Source: a virus (Duplodnaviria; Caudoviricetes). From it: 64,000 bases of DNA. Below the pieces are notes generated by a model. The model was not told the DNA's origin. It made no database searches and worked only from the letters and a program-made list of their open reading frames with translations. Both the position numbers and the translations under genes were made by a program. Of this stretch, positions 49,036 to 60,197 are shown piece by piece; position 1 is the first letter of the stretch, and every line of letters begins with the position of its first letter. The stretch spans positions 64,001 through 128,000 of IMG/VR virus record IMGVR_UViG_3300021256_002629; one strand, 5' to 3'.

Positions 49036-49932
49036 ATGACAGAAAAAGAAGCTGAAGATTTGTGTAGAATGATAAGAATAGGAGTAGATTTAAGTCCTAA
49101 ATATCAACCAAGAACGAAAGAAAAGTTAAAAGATCTCATCGAAGATTTAATTGAAGAAAGGGGAAATGAGGCAGACTTGAATGATGTTGATGTTTCTCAA
49201 ATTACGAATATGGAGTTGTTATTTGCCCATTCTAAATTCAATGGCGATATCTCTAAGTGGGATATTAGGAAGGTTGAAAGTATGGAAGGAATGTTTTATG
49301 ATTCCGAATTTAATGGAGATATTTCGGGTTGGAATGTTAGTAATGTAAAGAATATGAATAGTACGTTCTATGAATCTCGATTTAATGGTGATATCTCTAA
49401 GTGGAATGTTAGTGAAGTGAGGGACATGAAGGGAATGTTTGATTGCTCTCAATTCAATGGAGATATTTCTAATTGGGATGTTAGTAAGGTAGAAGATATG
49501 AGTTGGATATTTTCCGGTTCTCAATTCAATGGAAATATCTCAAAATGGAATGTTAGGGGAGTATGGAATATGTTTAGAATGTTTGCTTCTTCTAAATTTA
49601 ATGGAAATATATCTAATTGGGATGTTAGTAATGTTGAGTGTATGAGTGAGATGTTTTACTATTCTCAATTCAATAGTGATATCTCTAATTGGAATGTTAG
49701 TGGGGTGAAGGATATGAGCGGGATGTTTTATGGATCTCAATTTAACGGTGATATTTCAAAATGGGATGTTAGTAATGTTGAGAATATGAGTCGCATGTTT
49801 GAAAGCTCTCAATTCAATGGAGATATTTCTGATTGGGATGTTAGTGGGGTTGAGAGTATGGATGATATGTTTTGGAATTCTCAATTCAAAGGAGATATTT
49901 CAAAATGGGCTAAGAAACCAGATTTATTTTAA
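49036..49932 (+). CDS. BspA/DUF285-like repeat protein (10 repeats)
   Basis: Same repeat. Confidence 0.9.
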   Translation: MTEKEAEDLCRMIRIGVDLSPKYQPRTKEKLKDLIEDLIEERGNEADLNDVDVSQITNMELLFAHSKFNGDISKWDIRKVESMEGMFYDSEFNGDISGWNVSNVKNMNSTFYESRFNGDISKWNVSEVRDMKGMFDCSQFNGDISNWDVSKVEDMSWIFSGSQFNGNISKWNVRGVWNMFRMFASSKFNGNISNWDVSNVECMSEMFYYSQFNSDISNWNVSGVKDMSGMFYGSQFNGDISKWDVSNVENMSRMFESSQFNGDISDWDVSGVESMDDMFWNSQFKGDISKWAKKPDLF

Positions 49933-50019
49933 AAGAAAAGACCTAGATTATTAATTTTAGTCTAGGTTTTCTTTTCCCCAAAATGCCTTGTACATGAAAA
50001 TAATTAAAATTTATATATT

Positions 50020-51507
50020 ATGACAAAGTACGATTATCAACCAAAAACAAAAGAAGAATTAAAAAATCTTATTAAGAAGTTGATTAAAGAGAGGGGAAAC
50101 GAGGCGGATTTGAATGATGTTGATGTCTCTCTGATCACGGATATGAGCAGTCTATTTGCTAAATCCAAATTTAATGGAAATATATCTAATTGGGATGTTA
50201 GCAGGGTTGTGGATATGAGTAGAATGTTCACTAATTCTCAATTCAATAATGATATCTCAAAATGGAACGTTAGCAGGGTTGTGAATATGGGTTTTATGTT
50301 TGCTAACTCTCAATTTAACGGAGATATATCTAATTGGGATGTGAGTAAGGTTGAAAGTATGAGTTTTATGTTTAATGGTTCTGAATTTAATGGAGATATT
50401 TCAAATTGGAATGTTAGTGGGGTTGAGAGTATGAGCTGGATGTTCGCTAATTCTCAATTCAACAGTGACATCTCAAAATGGAATGTTAGTAAGGTGAAAG
50501 ATATGTATGGGATGTTTATGGGTTCTAAATTCAACAGCGACATCTCAAAATGGAATGTTGGTAAGGTGAAGGATATGAGTTATATGTTTCAGGAATCTCA
50601 ATTTAATGGGGATATTTCGAATTGGAATGTTAGTAAGGTTAATAATATGGAAGGAATGTTCGAAAAATCTCAATTTAATGGAGTTATTTCTAACTGGGAT
50701 GTTAGTAGAGTAAGGAATATGCGTGATATGTTTTCTTACACTCAATTCAATAATGATATCTCAAAATGGGATGTTGGTAGTGTTGAGAATATGATGGGTA
50801 TGTTTTCTCATTCCCAATTCAATAGCGATATCTCTAATTGGGATGTTAGTGAAGTTAAGGATATGGGCTGGATGTTTGATGGTTCTGAATTTAATGGGGA
50901 TATTTCGAAATGGGATGTTAGTGATGTGAGGTATACGCGTGATATGTTTTGTGATTCTAAATTCAATGGAGATATTTCAAATTGGAATGTTAGTGGAGTG
51001 AAGGATATGCAATGTATGTTTGAACGTTCTCAATTCAATAACGATATTTCAAAATGGGATGTTAGTGGGGTGAAGGACATGTTGGGAATGTTTTGTGATT
51101 CTAAATTCAATGGAGATATTTCAAAATGGAATGTTAGTAAAGTGAAGTTGATGAGTGGGATGTTCGAAAATTCTATATTTAACGGAGACATTTCTAAATG
51201 GGATGTTAGTAATGTTGAGAATATGCAAAACATGTTTATGGGTTCTCAATTCAATAATGATATCTCAAACTGGAATGTTAATAAGGTAGAGGATATGAGG
51301 TGGATGTTTCAAAACTCCCAATTCAATAACGATATCTCTAATTGGGACGTTAGCAAGGTGGAAAATATGACTAGTATGTTTCAAAATTCTCAATTCAATG
51401 GGAATATCTCAGAGTGGAACGTTAATAGTGTGAAGTATATGAGCTGTATGTTTAAAAATTCCAAATTTAATGGAGATATTTCAAAATGGGCTAAGAAACC
51501 GAAATAA
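50020..51507 (+). CDS. BspA/DUF285-like repeat protein (19 repeats), no MTEKEAE leader
   Basis: Same repeat. Confidence 0.9.
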   Translation: MTKYDYQPKTKEELKNLIKKLIKERGNEADLNDVDVSLITDMSSLFAKSKFNGNISNWDVSRVVDMSRMFTNSQFNNDISKWNVSRVVNMGFMFANSQFNGDISNWDVSKVESMSFMFNGSEFNGDISNWNVSGVESMSWMFANSQFNSDISKWNVSKVKDMYGMFMGSKFNSDISKWNVGKVKDMSYMFQESQFNGDISNWNVSKVNNMEGMFEKSQFNGVISNWDVSRVRNMRDMFSYTQFNNDISKWDVGSVENMMGMFSHSQFNSDISNWDVSEVKDMGWMFDGSEFNGDISKWDVSDVRYTRDMFCDSKFNGDISNWNVSGVKDMQCMFERSQFNNDISKWDVSGVKDMLGMFCDSKFNGDISKWNVSKVKLMSGMFENSIFNGDISKWDVSNVENMQNMFMGSQFNNDISNWNVNKVEDMRWMFQNSQFNNDISNWDVSKVENMTSMFQNSQFNGNISEWNVNSVKYMSCMFKNSKFNGDISKWAKKPK

Positions 51508-51610
51508 AAAAAAATAAAAAGAAGCCTGGATTAATTAATTTTAGTCTAGGTTTTTATTTTCTCCTCAAAATCTTATTACTGAATGTTATAAACCTTTAAA
51601 TTAAATTCAT

Positions 51611-52807
51611 ATGAAGTACAATTATCAACCAAAAACGAAAAAGGAATTAAAAAGTCTTATCAAAAAATTAATTAAAAAAAGAGGAAATAAGGCAGATTTG
51701 AATGATGTTGATGTTTCTCAGATCACAGATATGAGTGGGTTGTTTACTAATTTTCAGTTTAATGGAAACATCTCAAATTGGAATGTTAGTAATGTTGAGG
51801 ATATGAGTAATATGTTTGAAGAGTCTAGATTTAATGGAGATATTTCAAAATGGGATGTTAGTAAGGTAAAGGATATGGGTGGAATGTTTAACTATTCTGA
51901 ATTTAATGGAGATATTTCAAATTGGAATGTTATGAGGGTGGAGAATATGTCGATGATGTTCTATAATTCTGAATTTAATGGTGACATCTCAAATTGGAAT
52001 GTGAGTAAGGTGGAAGATATGGGAGGAATGTTTTACGGTTCTCGATTTGACGGGGATATTTCTAACTGGGATGTTAGGAATGTGAAGAATATGTATGAGA
52101 TGTTTATGGCATCTCGATTTAACGGAGATATTTCGAAATGGAACGTTAGTAATGTTGAGGATATGGGAGGAATGTTTGATAATTCTGAATTTAGTGGAGA
52201 TATTTCAAATTGGGATGTTAGTAGAGTTGAGAATATGTGGAGGATGTTTAATTGGTCTAAATTTAATGGAGATATCTCTAATTGGAATGTTAGTAAAGTT
52301 GAGGAGATGAATGAGATGTTTGCTTATTCTAAATTTAATGGAGATATTTCTAAGTGGAACGTTAGTAAGGTGGAGAACATGTGGGAAATGTTTGCTGGTT
52401 CTAAATTTAACAAAGATATTTCAAAGTGGAATGTTAGTAATGTAAAGAATATGGGTGGGATGTTTCGAGAATCTAAATTCAACAAAGATATCTCAAAATG
52501 GGATGTTAGTAATGTTGAGAATATGGATGAGATGTTTATGACATCTCAATTCAATGGAAATATCTCTAATTGGAATGTTAGTAGAGTTGAAGATATGGAG
52601 GATATGTTTTGTGAGTCTAAATTTAACGGGGATATTTCAAAATGGGATGTTAGTAGGGTGAAGAATATGAGTTGTATGTTTCAGAGTTCTAAATTTAATG
52701 GAGACATTTCAAATTGGAATGTAAGTAAGGTTGAGGATATGGAGGATATGTTTGAAGATTCTCAATTTAATGGGGATATCTCTAGATGGACTAAGAAACC
52801 AGAATAA
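51611..52807 (+). CDS. BspA/DUF285-like repeat protein (15 repeats), no MTEKEAE leader
   Basis: Same repeat. Confidence 0.9.
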   Translation: MKYNYQPKTKKELKSLIKKLIKKRGNKADLNDVDVSQITDMSGLFTNFQFNGNISNWNVSNVEDMSNMFEESRFNGDISKWDVSKVKDMGGMFNYSEFNGDISNWNVMRVENMSMMFYNSEFNGDISNWNVSKVEDMGGMFYGSRFDGDISNWDVRNVKNMYEMFMASRFNGDISKWNVSNVEDMGGMFDNSEFSGDISNWDVSRVENMWRMFNWSKFNGDISNWNVSKVEEMNEMFAYSKFNGDISKWNVSKVENMWEMFAGSKFNKDISKWNVSNVKNMGGMFRESKFNKDISKWDVSNVENMDEMFMTSQFNGNISNWNVSRVEDMEDMFCESKFNGDISKWDVSRVKNMSCMFQSSKFNGDISNWNVSKVEDMEDMFEDSQFNGDISRWTKKPE

Positions 52808-52904
52808 AAAAAATAAAAAGAAGCCTGAATTAATTAATTTTAGTCCAGGTTTTATTTTCTTCTCAAAATCTTATTATTGAATATAAACTTTAAATTAAAT
52901 TTAT

Positions 52905-53550
52905 ATGAAGTACAATTATCAACCAAAAGCGAAAAAGGAATTAAAGGATATTATTAAAAAACAGAACAAGTATGGTTATTTCTCTTATAGTTGCCGTTGC
53001 CGATAACGGAATCATCGGCAAGGAAAACGGGTTGCCATGGCATATTGGCGCCGACCTGAAGCGCTTTAAGGCCATTACAACGGGCCACACCATTCTGATG
53101 GGTAAGAATACCTATCTTTCTATAGGACGCCCGTTGCCTAACCGCCGCAATGTGGTGCTGAGCAGAAGCCTGACCGCTGCCGATGTGCCCGGCTGTGAGC
53201 TGATTGCCAGTTTGGACGAACTCGATAAACTGGGGTTGGAACCCGACGAAGAACTGTTCGTTATAGGCGGTGCCCGTGTGTATGAGCAGTTGATGCCCAA
53301 GGCCGACAAACTGTATCTGACCAGGGTCCGTACACAGGCCGATGGGGACGTGAAATTCCCTGAAGTGGACTGGGACGAGTGGCAGCTTTGTAGCGAGACA
53401 CACGGATTTGCAGACGAAAAAAACGATTTCGACTACTGCTTCCAAAACTATGAACGGAAGAAATGATAATGTCAAAAATGCCACTGTATGTGTTGGGAAT
53501 CTAAATTTAATGGAGACATTTCAAAATGGGCTAAGAAATCGACAGAATAA
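52905..53550 (+). pseudogene. Repeat-gene cassette shell whose interior is replaced by DHFR
   Basis: 5' remnant MKYNYQPKAKKELKDIIKK (52905-52961) and 3' remnant ..WESKFNGDISKWAKK (53493-53550). Confidence 0.85.
52972..53466 (+). CDS. folA: Dihydrofolate reductase, host-derived
   Basis: IVAVADNGIIG..LPW, MGKNTY, RPLPNRRN, VIGGA; visibly GC-rich relative to flanks. Confidence 0.95.
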   Translation: MVISLIVAVADNGIIGKENGLPWHIGADLKRFKAITTGHTILMGKNTYLSIGRPLPNRRNVVLSRSLTAADVPGCELIASLDELDKLGLEPDEELFVIGGARVYEQLMPKADKLYLTRVRTQADGDVKFPEVDWDEWQLCSETHGFADEKNDFDYCFQNYERKK

Positions 53551-53632
53551 GATAAACCTAGATTAATTAATTTTAATCTGGGTTTTATTTTCTCCTCAAA
53601 CTCTTATTTATGAAACCTTTAATAATTTTATT

Positions 53633-55171
53633 ATGACAGAAAAAGAAGCAGAAGATTTGTGTAAAATGATAAGAGTAGGAGTAGATTTAAGTCCTAAAAA
53701 ATATCAACCAAGAACAAAAGAAAAGTTAAAAGATCTCATTGAGAAACTAATTGAAGAAAGGGGAAATGAAGCAGACTTGAATGATATAGACGTTTCCCAA
53801 ATTGAAGACATGAGTGAGGTGTTTGCTCATTCTCAATTTAATGGGGATATTTCTAATTGGGATGTTAGTGGAGTTGAGAAGATGAATTATATGTTTGCTG
53901 ATTCTCAATTCAAGGGAGATATTTCAAAATGGAACGTTAGTAAGGTGAAGGAAATGGGCGGAATGTTTTATAGTTCTGAATTTAATAGGGATATTTCAAG
54001 TTGGGATGTGAGTAATGTTGAGTATATGTTTGGAATGTTTTGCGGATCTAAATTTAATGGCGATATCTCTAATTGGAATGTAAGTAAAGTGAAGGATATG
54101 AATAGGATGTTTGAAGGTTCTGAATTTAATAGAGATATTCCTAGTTGGGACGTTAGTGGGGTTGAGTTTATGAATGAAATGTTTTCCAGTTCTCAATTCA
54201 ATGGAGACATTTCAAATTGGAATGTGAGTAGGGTGAAGGACATGAGTTATATGTTTAAAAAATCTCAATTTAATGGGGATATCTCAAAATGGAATGTTAG
54301 TGGAGTTGAGGATATGAGAGGGATGTTTACCTTTTCTCAATTTAATGGGGATATCTCAAAATGGAATGTTAGTGGAGTTGAGGATATGGGAAGAATGTTT
54401 TATAGTTCTCAATTTAATGGTGATATTTCTAGTTGGGATGTTAGTAATGTTAAGTATATGGGCGAGATGTTCGATAGTTCTCAATTCAATGGAAACATTT
54501 CGAATTGGGATGTTAGTAATGTGAAGAGTATGATGGGCATGTTCCGAGATTCTCAGTTCAATGGAAATATTTCTAATTGGAACATTAGTAGCGTTGAGAA
54601 TATGGATGAAATGTTTTATAGTTCTCAATTTAATGGTGATATTTCTAGTTGGGACGTTAGTGGAGTAAAGAGGATGAGTTATATGTTTGGTTTTTCTAAC
54701 TTTAATGGAGATATCTCTAAATGGAATGTTAGTGGAGTTGAGGATATGTACAAAATGTTTTGCGGTTCTAAATTCAATGAGGATATTTCTAATTGGGATG
54801 TTAGAAAAGTGAAGAGTATGGTTGGAATGTTTTCCTACACTAAATTTAATGGAGATATCTCTAAATGGGATGTTAGTGGAGTTGAAGATATGGAGGAGAT
54901 GTTTGCTAATTCCGAATTCAATGGAGATATTTCAAATTGGAATGTTAGTAGGGTGAAGAAGATGGAAAGAATGTTTTATAAGTCTAAATTCAACGGTGAT
55001 ATCTCAAAATGGGATGTTAGTAATGTTGAGAATATGTATGGAATGTTTGAAAGCTCTAAATTTAATGGGGATATTTCTAATTGGAATGTTAGTAGGGTGA
55101 AGTACATATTTGGGATATTTGATAATTCTCAATTCAAAGGAGATATTTCAAAATGGGCTAAGAAACCATAA
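53633..55171 (+). CDS. BspA/DUF285-like repeat protein (19 repeats)
   Basis: Same repeat. Confidence 0.9.
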   Translation: MTEKEAEDLCKMIRVGVDLSPKKYQPRTKEKLKDLIEKLIEERGNEADLNDIDVSQIEDMSEVFAHSQFNGDISNWDVSGVEKMNYMFADSQFKGDISKWNVSKVKEMGGMFYSSEFNRDISSWDVSNVEYMFGMFCGSKFNGDISNWNVSKVKDMNRMFEGSEFNRDIPSWDVSGVEFMNEMFSSSQFNGDISNWNVSRVKDMSYMFKKSQFNGDISKWNVSGVEDMRGMFTFSQFNGDISKWNVSGVEDMGRMFYSSQFNGDISSWDVSNVKYMGEMFDSSQFNGNISNWDVSNVKSMMGMFRDSQFNGNISNWNISSVENMDEMFYSSQFNGDISSWDVSGVKRMSYMFGFSNFNGDISKWNVSGVEDMYKMFCGSKFNEDISNWDVRKVKSMVGMFSYTKFNGDISKWDVSGVEDMEEMFANSEFNGDISNWNVSRVKKMERMFYKSKFNGDISKWDVSNVENMYGMFESSKFNGDISNWNVSRVKYIFGIFDNSQFKGDISKWAKKP

Positions 55172-55253
55172 TAAAAAGAAACCTGGATTAATTTTATCTG
55201 GGTTTTATTTTCTCCTCGAAATCTTATTATTGAAAACTTTTAATAATTTTATT

Positions 55254-57008
55254 ATGACAGAAAAAGAAGCAGAAGATCTATGTAGAATGATAAGAATAGG
55301 AGTAGATTTAAGTCCTAAATATCAACCAAGAACGAAAGAAAAGTTAAAAGATCTCATCGAAGATTTAATTAAAGAAAGGGGAAATGAGGCAGATTTGAAT
55401 GATGTTGATGTTTCCCAAATTGAGGACATGAGTTACGTGTTTCATAGATCTAAATTTAACGGGAATATTTCTAAATGGAATGTTAGTAGGGTGAAGAGTA
55501 TGGAAGGAATGTTCGCCTATTCTGACTTTAATGGGGATATTTCTAAATGGAATGTTAGTAATGCGGAGAATATGAATTGTATGTTTGATAGTTCTCAATT
55601 TAGTGGGGATATCTCAAAATGGAATGTTAATGGAGTTAAGGATATGAGTTATATGTTTTTTAATTCTAAATTTAATGGGGATATTTCTAATTGGGACGTT
55701 AGTAAGGTGGAGTGTATGGGAGGAATATTCCGGGAATCTCAATTTAATGGAGATATCTCAAGCTGGAATGTTAGTAGGGTAAAGGGCATGGATTGTATGT
55801 TTGCTGATTCTCAATTTAATGGAGATATTTCTAGTTGGGATGTTAGTGGAGTTGAGGATATGAGTCATATGTTTTCTAGCTCTCAATTTAATGGGGATAT
55901 CTCAAAATGGAATGTGAGTAAGGTGAAGGATATGGCTTGGATGTTTAAAGAATCTAAATTTGATGGAGATATTTCAAAATGGGACGTTAGTAAGGTCGAA
56001 GATATGATGGGGATGTTTGCTGATTCTCAATTTAACGGAGATATATTAAATTGGGATGTTAGTAAGGTAAAGAACATGAACTGGATGTTTGCTGATTCTA
56101 AGTTTAATGGGGATATCTCTAAATGGGATGTTAGTAATGTTGAGGGTATGTGTGGGATGTTTAATACGTCTCAATTCAACAAAGACATTTCTAAATGGAA
56201 TGTTGGTAAGGTTGAGAATATGTGTAAAATGTTCCGAGGTTCTCAATTTAATGGCGATATTTCTAATTGGAACATTAGTAGTAGTGTTGAGAGTATGGAT
56301 GAAATGTTTTATAGTTCTCAATTTAATGGTAATATCTCAAACTGGGATGTTAGTAATGTTAAAGAGATGAATTATATGTTTGCTTATTCTCAATTCAACG
56401 GTGATATTTCGAAATGGGATGTTAGTGGAGTTAAGAGTATGTATAAAATGTTTTGGTATTCTCAATTCAATGAGGATATTTCTAATTGGGATGTTAGTAG
56501 TGTTGGGGATATGAGTGGGATGTTTGCCCATTCTAAATTTAATGGAGATATCTCGAAATGGAATGTGAGTAAGGTGGAGAACATGGGTTGGATGTTTTCT
56601 GAATCTCAATTTAACGGGGATATCTCAAATTGGGATGTTAGTAATGTTGAGAATATGTGTGAAATGTTTTCTCGTTCTCAATTTAATGGCGATATCTCAA
56701 ATTGGGATGTTAGTGGAGTGAAGGATATGAGAGGAATGTTTTATGGATCTCAATTTAACAGTAATATCTCAAAATGGGATGTTAGTAAGGTGGAGAATAT
56801 GAGTGAGATGTTTGAAGAGTCTCAATTCAATGGTGATATCTCAAAATGGGATGTTAGTAAGGTGTGGGATATGCAGAATATGTTTTATGGTTCTCAATTT
56901 AACGGTGATATATCAAAATGGGATGTTAGTGGAGTTGTGAATATGGGAGGAATGTTTGTTCGTTCTCAATTCAATGGTGATATTTCAAAATGGGCTAAGA
57001 AACCGTAA
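55254..57008 (+). CDS. BspA/DUF285-like repeat protein (22 repeats)
   Basis: Start corrected to MTEKEAED at 55254. Confidence 0.9.
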   Translation: MTEKEAEDLCRMIRIGVDLSPKYQPRTKEKLKDLIEDLIKERGNEADLNDVDVSQIEDMSYVFHRSKFNGNISKWNVSRVKSMEGMFAYSDFNGDISKWNVSNAENMNCMFDSSQFSGDISKWNVNGVKDMSYMFFNSKFNGDISNWDVSKVECMGGIFRESQFNGDISSWNVSRVKGMDCMFADSQFNGDISSWDVSGVEDMSHMFSSSQFNGDISKWNVSKVKDMAWMFKESKFDGDISKWDVSKVEDMMGMFADSQFNGDILNWDVSKVKNMNWMFADSKFNGDISKWDVSNVEGMCGMFNTSQFNKDISKWNVGKVENMCKMFRGSQFNGDISNWNISSSVESMDEMFYSSQFNGNISNWDVSNVKEMNYMFAYSQFNGDISKWDVSGVKSMYKMFWYSQFNEDISNWDVSSVGDMSGMFAHSKFNGDISKWNVSKVENMGWMFSESQFNGDISNWDVSNVENMCEMFSRSQFNGDISNWDVSGVKDMRGMFYGSQFNSNISKWDVSKVENMSEMFEESQFNGDISKWDVSKVWDMQNMFYGSQFNGDISKWDVSGVVNMGGMFVRSQFNGDISKWAKKP

Positions 57009-57092
57009 TAAAAAAGAAAGACCTGGATAAATTTATCTGGGTTTTTATTTTCTCCTCAAAATCTTATTTATGAAACCTTTAATAATTTTATT

Positions 57093-57917
57093 ATGACAGA
57101 AAAAGAAGCAGAAGAGTTATGTAGAATGATAAGAGTAGGGGTAGATTTAAGTTCTAAGAAATACCGACCAAAAACAAAAGAAAAGTTAAAAGATCTCATT
57201 GAAGATTTAATTGAAATAAGAGGAAATGAGGCGGATTTGAATGATATAGACGTTTCCCAAATTACAGATATGAGTTGGTTATTTCACATATCTCAATTTA
57301 ATGGAGACATTTCAAAATGGGACGTGAGTAAAGTTGAGAATATGCATGCTATGTTTTATGGGTCTCAATTCAACAAAGACATTTCTAAATGGAATGTTAG
57401 TAATGTTAGGGAGATGAGTTTTATGTTTTATAATTCTAAATTTAATGGTGATATCTCAAACTGGGATGTTAGTAAGGTTGAGGATATGTGGACGATGTTT
57501 TCTGATTCTCAATTTAATGGGGATATTTCAAACTGGGATGTTAGGAAGGTGGAGTGTATGAATAATATGTTTGGGGGTTCTCAATTCAATGGGAATATTT
57601 CAAAATGGGATGTTAGTGGGGTGAAGAATATGGGTTACATGTTTACTGATTCTCAATTTAATGGGGATATTTCTAAATGGGATGTTAGTAGGGTGGAGAG
57701 TATGTATGGGATGTTTTGGGGTTCTCAGTTCAATGGGGATATCTCAAACTGGGATGTTAGTAAGGTAAAGGATATGAGTTACATGTTTACTGATTCTCAA
57801 TTTAATGGGAATATTTCAAAATGGGATGTTAGTGGGGTTGAGAATATGGAGAATATGTTTTATGGCTCTCAATTTAATGGGAATATCTCAGAATGGGCTA
57901 AGAAACCGACAATATAA
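57093..57917 (+). CDS. BspA/DUF285-like repeat protein (9 repeats)
   Basis: Same repeat. Confidence 0.9.
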   Translation: MTEKEAEELCRMIRVGVDLSSKKYRPKTKEKLKDLIEDLIEIRGNEADLNDIDVSQITDMSWLFHISQFNGDISKWDVSKVENMHAMFYGSQFNKDISKWNVSNVREMSFMFYNSKFNGDISNWDVSKVEDMWTMFSDSQFNGDISNWDVRKVECMNNMFGGSQFNGNISKWDVSGVKNMGYMFTDSQFNGDISKWDVSRVESMYGMFWGSQFNGDISNWDVSKVKDMSYMFTDSQFNGNISKWDVSGVENMENMFYGSQFNGNISEWAKKPTI

Positions 57918-58003
57918 AAAGAAAGACCTAGATTAATTTTAGTCTGGGTTTTATTTTCTCCTCAAGATCTTATTATTGAATATAAATCTTAAATTAAATT
58001 TAT

Positions 58004-58783
58004 ATGACGTACAATTATCAACCAAAAACGAAAGAGGAATTAAAAGATCTTATTAAAAAACTAATTGAAGAGAGGGGAAATTGGGCAAGTTTAAATGATA
58101 TAGACGTTTCCCAAATTACGGATATGAGTGAATTATTTTATAAGTCTCAATTTAAAGGGACTATCTCTGATTGGAATGTTAGTAATGTGAAGGATATGCA
58201 TAGTATGTTTGAAGATTCTCAATTTAACGATGACCTCTCTAAATGGGACGTTAGTAAGGTTGAGGATATGAGTAGAATGTTTTGGAATTCTAAATTTGAT
58301 GGAGATATTTCTAATTGGAATACAAGTAAGGCGTTAAACTTATCTGGCAGTACTGCAATGAGATTAAATTGTGGACGTTTAAAAGCTGAAAAAATTGCAC
58401 AATTGCCAAAAATTATTGAAAATAATTTTATTGAATCCACTAATAAAATTGATTTTAATAAACTTTTCACAATTCTTGAAATACCACTATGTGATCATTT
58501 TGAATTTCTTGCTACTCTCGAGGATTTTTCAACAGACACTGCTTTGCTGAAAAAGAAGTCAATCTATAAAGAAATAGTGAATATAGCAATGTTTAATGTG
58601 AGGTGCTACACTATTTATGACCTAATAAAAGAGGTGATAAGAGAGGATAAGTTGAGAGATGTATGGTGGCAGGATTTTAAGTTTGAACGCAGTAGTGCTT
58701 ACAATTATACATATAGGAAAGCTGCAATTACGATAATAAGTATGATAGTTACTATTGAATGCGTTATTAAAATGCCACTATAA
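58004..58783 (+). CDS. BspA/DUF285-like protein (3 repeats) fused to an unrelated C-terminal domain
   Basis: Repeat pattern stops near 58330. Confidence 0.8.
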   Translation: MTYNYQPKTKEELKDLIKKLIEERGNWASLNDIDVSQITDMSELFYKSQFKGTISDWNVSNVKDMHSMFEDSQFNDDLSKWDVSKVEDMSRMFWNSKFDGDISNWNTSKALNLSGSTAMRLNCGRLKAEKIAQLPKIIENNFIESTNKIDFNKLFTILEIPLCDHFEFLATLEDFSTDTALLKKKSIYKEIVNIAMFNVRCYTIYDLIKEVIREDKLRDVWWQDFKFERSSAYNYTYRKAAITIISMIVTIECVIKMPL

Positions 58784-58785
58784 TC

Positions 58786-59295
58786 ATGGAAAGCGAAGAA
58801 ATCTGTGCAAAATATCTACAATTAAACGATATTATATTGTATAATGGAAATAAATATAGAGTAAGTGAGCTGGACTTTTCTGCAATTGTTTTAGAAAGTA
58901 TTGATCATTCACAAAAGATAACCGTTCCTGGAATTATTAATGGAACAGTTATAGAAGCCCCTAAAGAAGATACAGCAATAATCTCAGCAGAACAACTTAT
59001 GCTTGATGATTTAGTTTATCTTCCTGGAAACAATCTAAGACAATATAGGGTAAAGAAATTAAAAACTAACTCAATTACGCTAAAAGATGGTGACAGTGAA
59101 TTTATAATAAGTAAGGTAAACGGAATTCCACTAAGAGAGGATATTATACGAGATTATGAATACCCTTTTATAGAAATTGAAGGCAATAACTTTTTTATCT
59201 TTAGCAAAAATAATGAGTTCCCTTCACCAAAAAATATACGCTACCTTCATGAATTTCAGCATATACTCAATGAATTCGATGTAAATAGTCTATAA
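58786..59295 (+). CDS. Hypothetical protein
   Basis: Two L.L.D(I/L)(I/V)..Y(R)V modules; IRYLHEFQHI tail. Confidence 0.7.
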   Translation: MESEEICAKYLQLNDIILYNGNKYRVSELDFSAIVLESIDHSQKITVPGIINGTVIEAPKEDTAIISAEQLMLDDLVYLPGNNLRQYRVKKLKTNSITLKDGDSEFIISKVNGIPLREDIIRDYEYPFIEIEGNNFFIFSKNNEFPSPKNIRYLHEFQHILNEFDVNSL

Positions 59296-59378
59296 TCATT
59301 AACAAAACCTGGATAAATTTATCTAGGTTTTTATTTTCTCCTCAAAATCTTATTCATGAAACCTTTAATAATTTTATT

Positions 59379-60197
59379 ATGACAGAAAAAGAAGTCGAAG
59401 ATTTGTGTAGAATGATAAGGGTAGGAGTAGATTTAAGCAAAAAATATCAACCAAGAACAAAAGAAAAGTTAGAAGATCTAATCAAAGAACTAGTTAAAAA
59501 AAGGGGAAATGAAGCAAATTTGAATGATATTGATGTTTCCCAAATTGAAGATATGAGTTATTTGTTTTTTGATTCTAAATTTAATGGAAATATATCTAAA
59601 TGGAATGTTAGTAATGTGAAGAATATGACAGGAATGTTCGATAATTCCCAATTCAATGGGGATATTTCTAATTGGGACGTTAGTGGAGTTGAGGATATGT
59701 GGGGGATGTTTAATGACTCTGAATTTAATGGAGATATCTCAAATTGGAATGTTAGTAGTGTGAAGAATATGGGTATGATGTTTGATAATTCCCAATTCAA
59801 TGGTGATATTTCAAAATGGGATGTTAGTAGTGTAAAAGATATGAAGTGGATGTTTAAAGCTTCTAAATTCAACGGGGATATTTCTAAATGGAACGTTAGT
59901 GAGGTGAGGAGTATGTTGGGGATGTTTGACAGTTCTCAATTTAGTGGAGATATTTCTAATTGGAATGTTAGTAATGTTGAGAATATGAGTTGGATGTTTG
60001 CTCATTCCATATTTAGTGGAGATATTTCTAATTGGAATGTTAGTAATGTTGAGAATATGAGTTGGATGTTTACTTCTTCTGAATTTAATGGCGATATCTC
60101 AAATTGGAATGTTAGTAATGTGAATAGTATGTGGGAGATGTTCTGTAATTCTGAATTTAAAGGCGATATCTCAAAATGGGCTAAGAAACCAAAATAA
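59379..60197 (+). CDS. BspA/DUF285-like repeat protein (9 repeats)
   Basis: Same repeat. Confidence 0.9.
   Translation: MTEKEVEDLCRMIRVGVDLSKKYQPRTKEKLEDLIKELVKKRGNEANLNDIDVSQIEDMSYLFFDSKFNGNISKWNVSNVKNMTGMFDNSQFNGDISNWDVSGVEDMWGMFNDSEFNGDISNWNVSSVKNMGMMFDNSQFNGDISKWDVSSVKDMKWMFKASKFNGDISKWNVSEVRSMLGMFDSSQFSGDISNWNVSNVENMSWMFAHSIFSGDISNWNVSNVENMSWMFTSSEFNGDISNWNVSNVNSMWEMFCNSEFKGDISKWAKKPK

Noticed and set aside
52954-53484. 176-aa - strand ORF
   Set aside because: Antisense shadow of the GC-rich folA.
55110-55253. 48-aa N-terminal extension of the ORF at 55110
   Set aside because: It reads through the cassette boundary; paralogs start at MTEKEAE.
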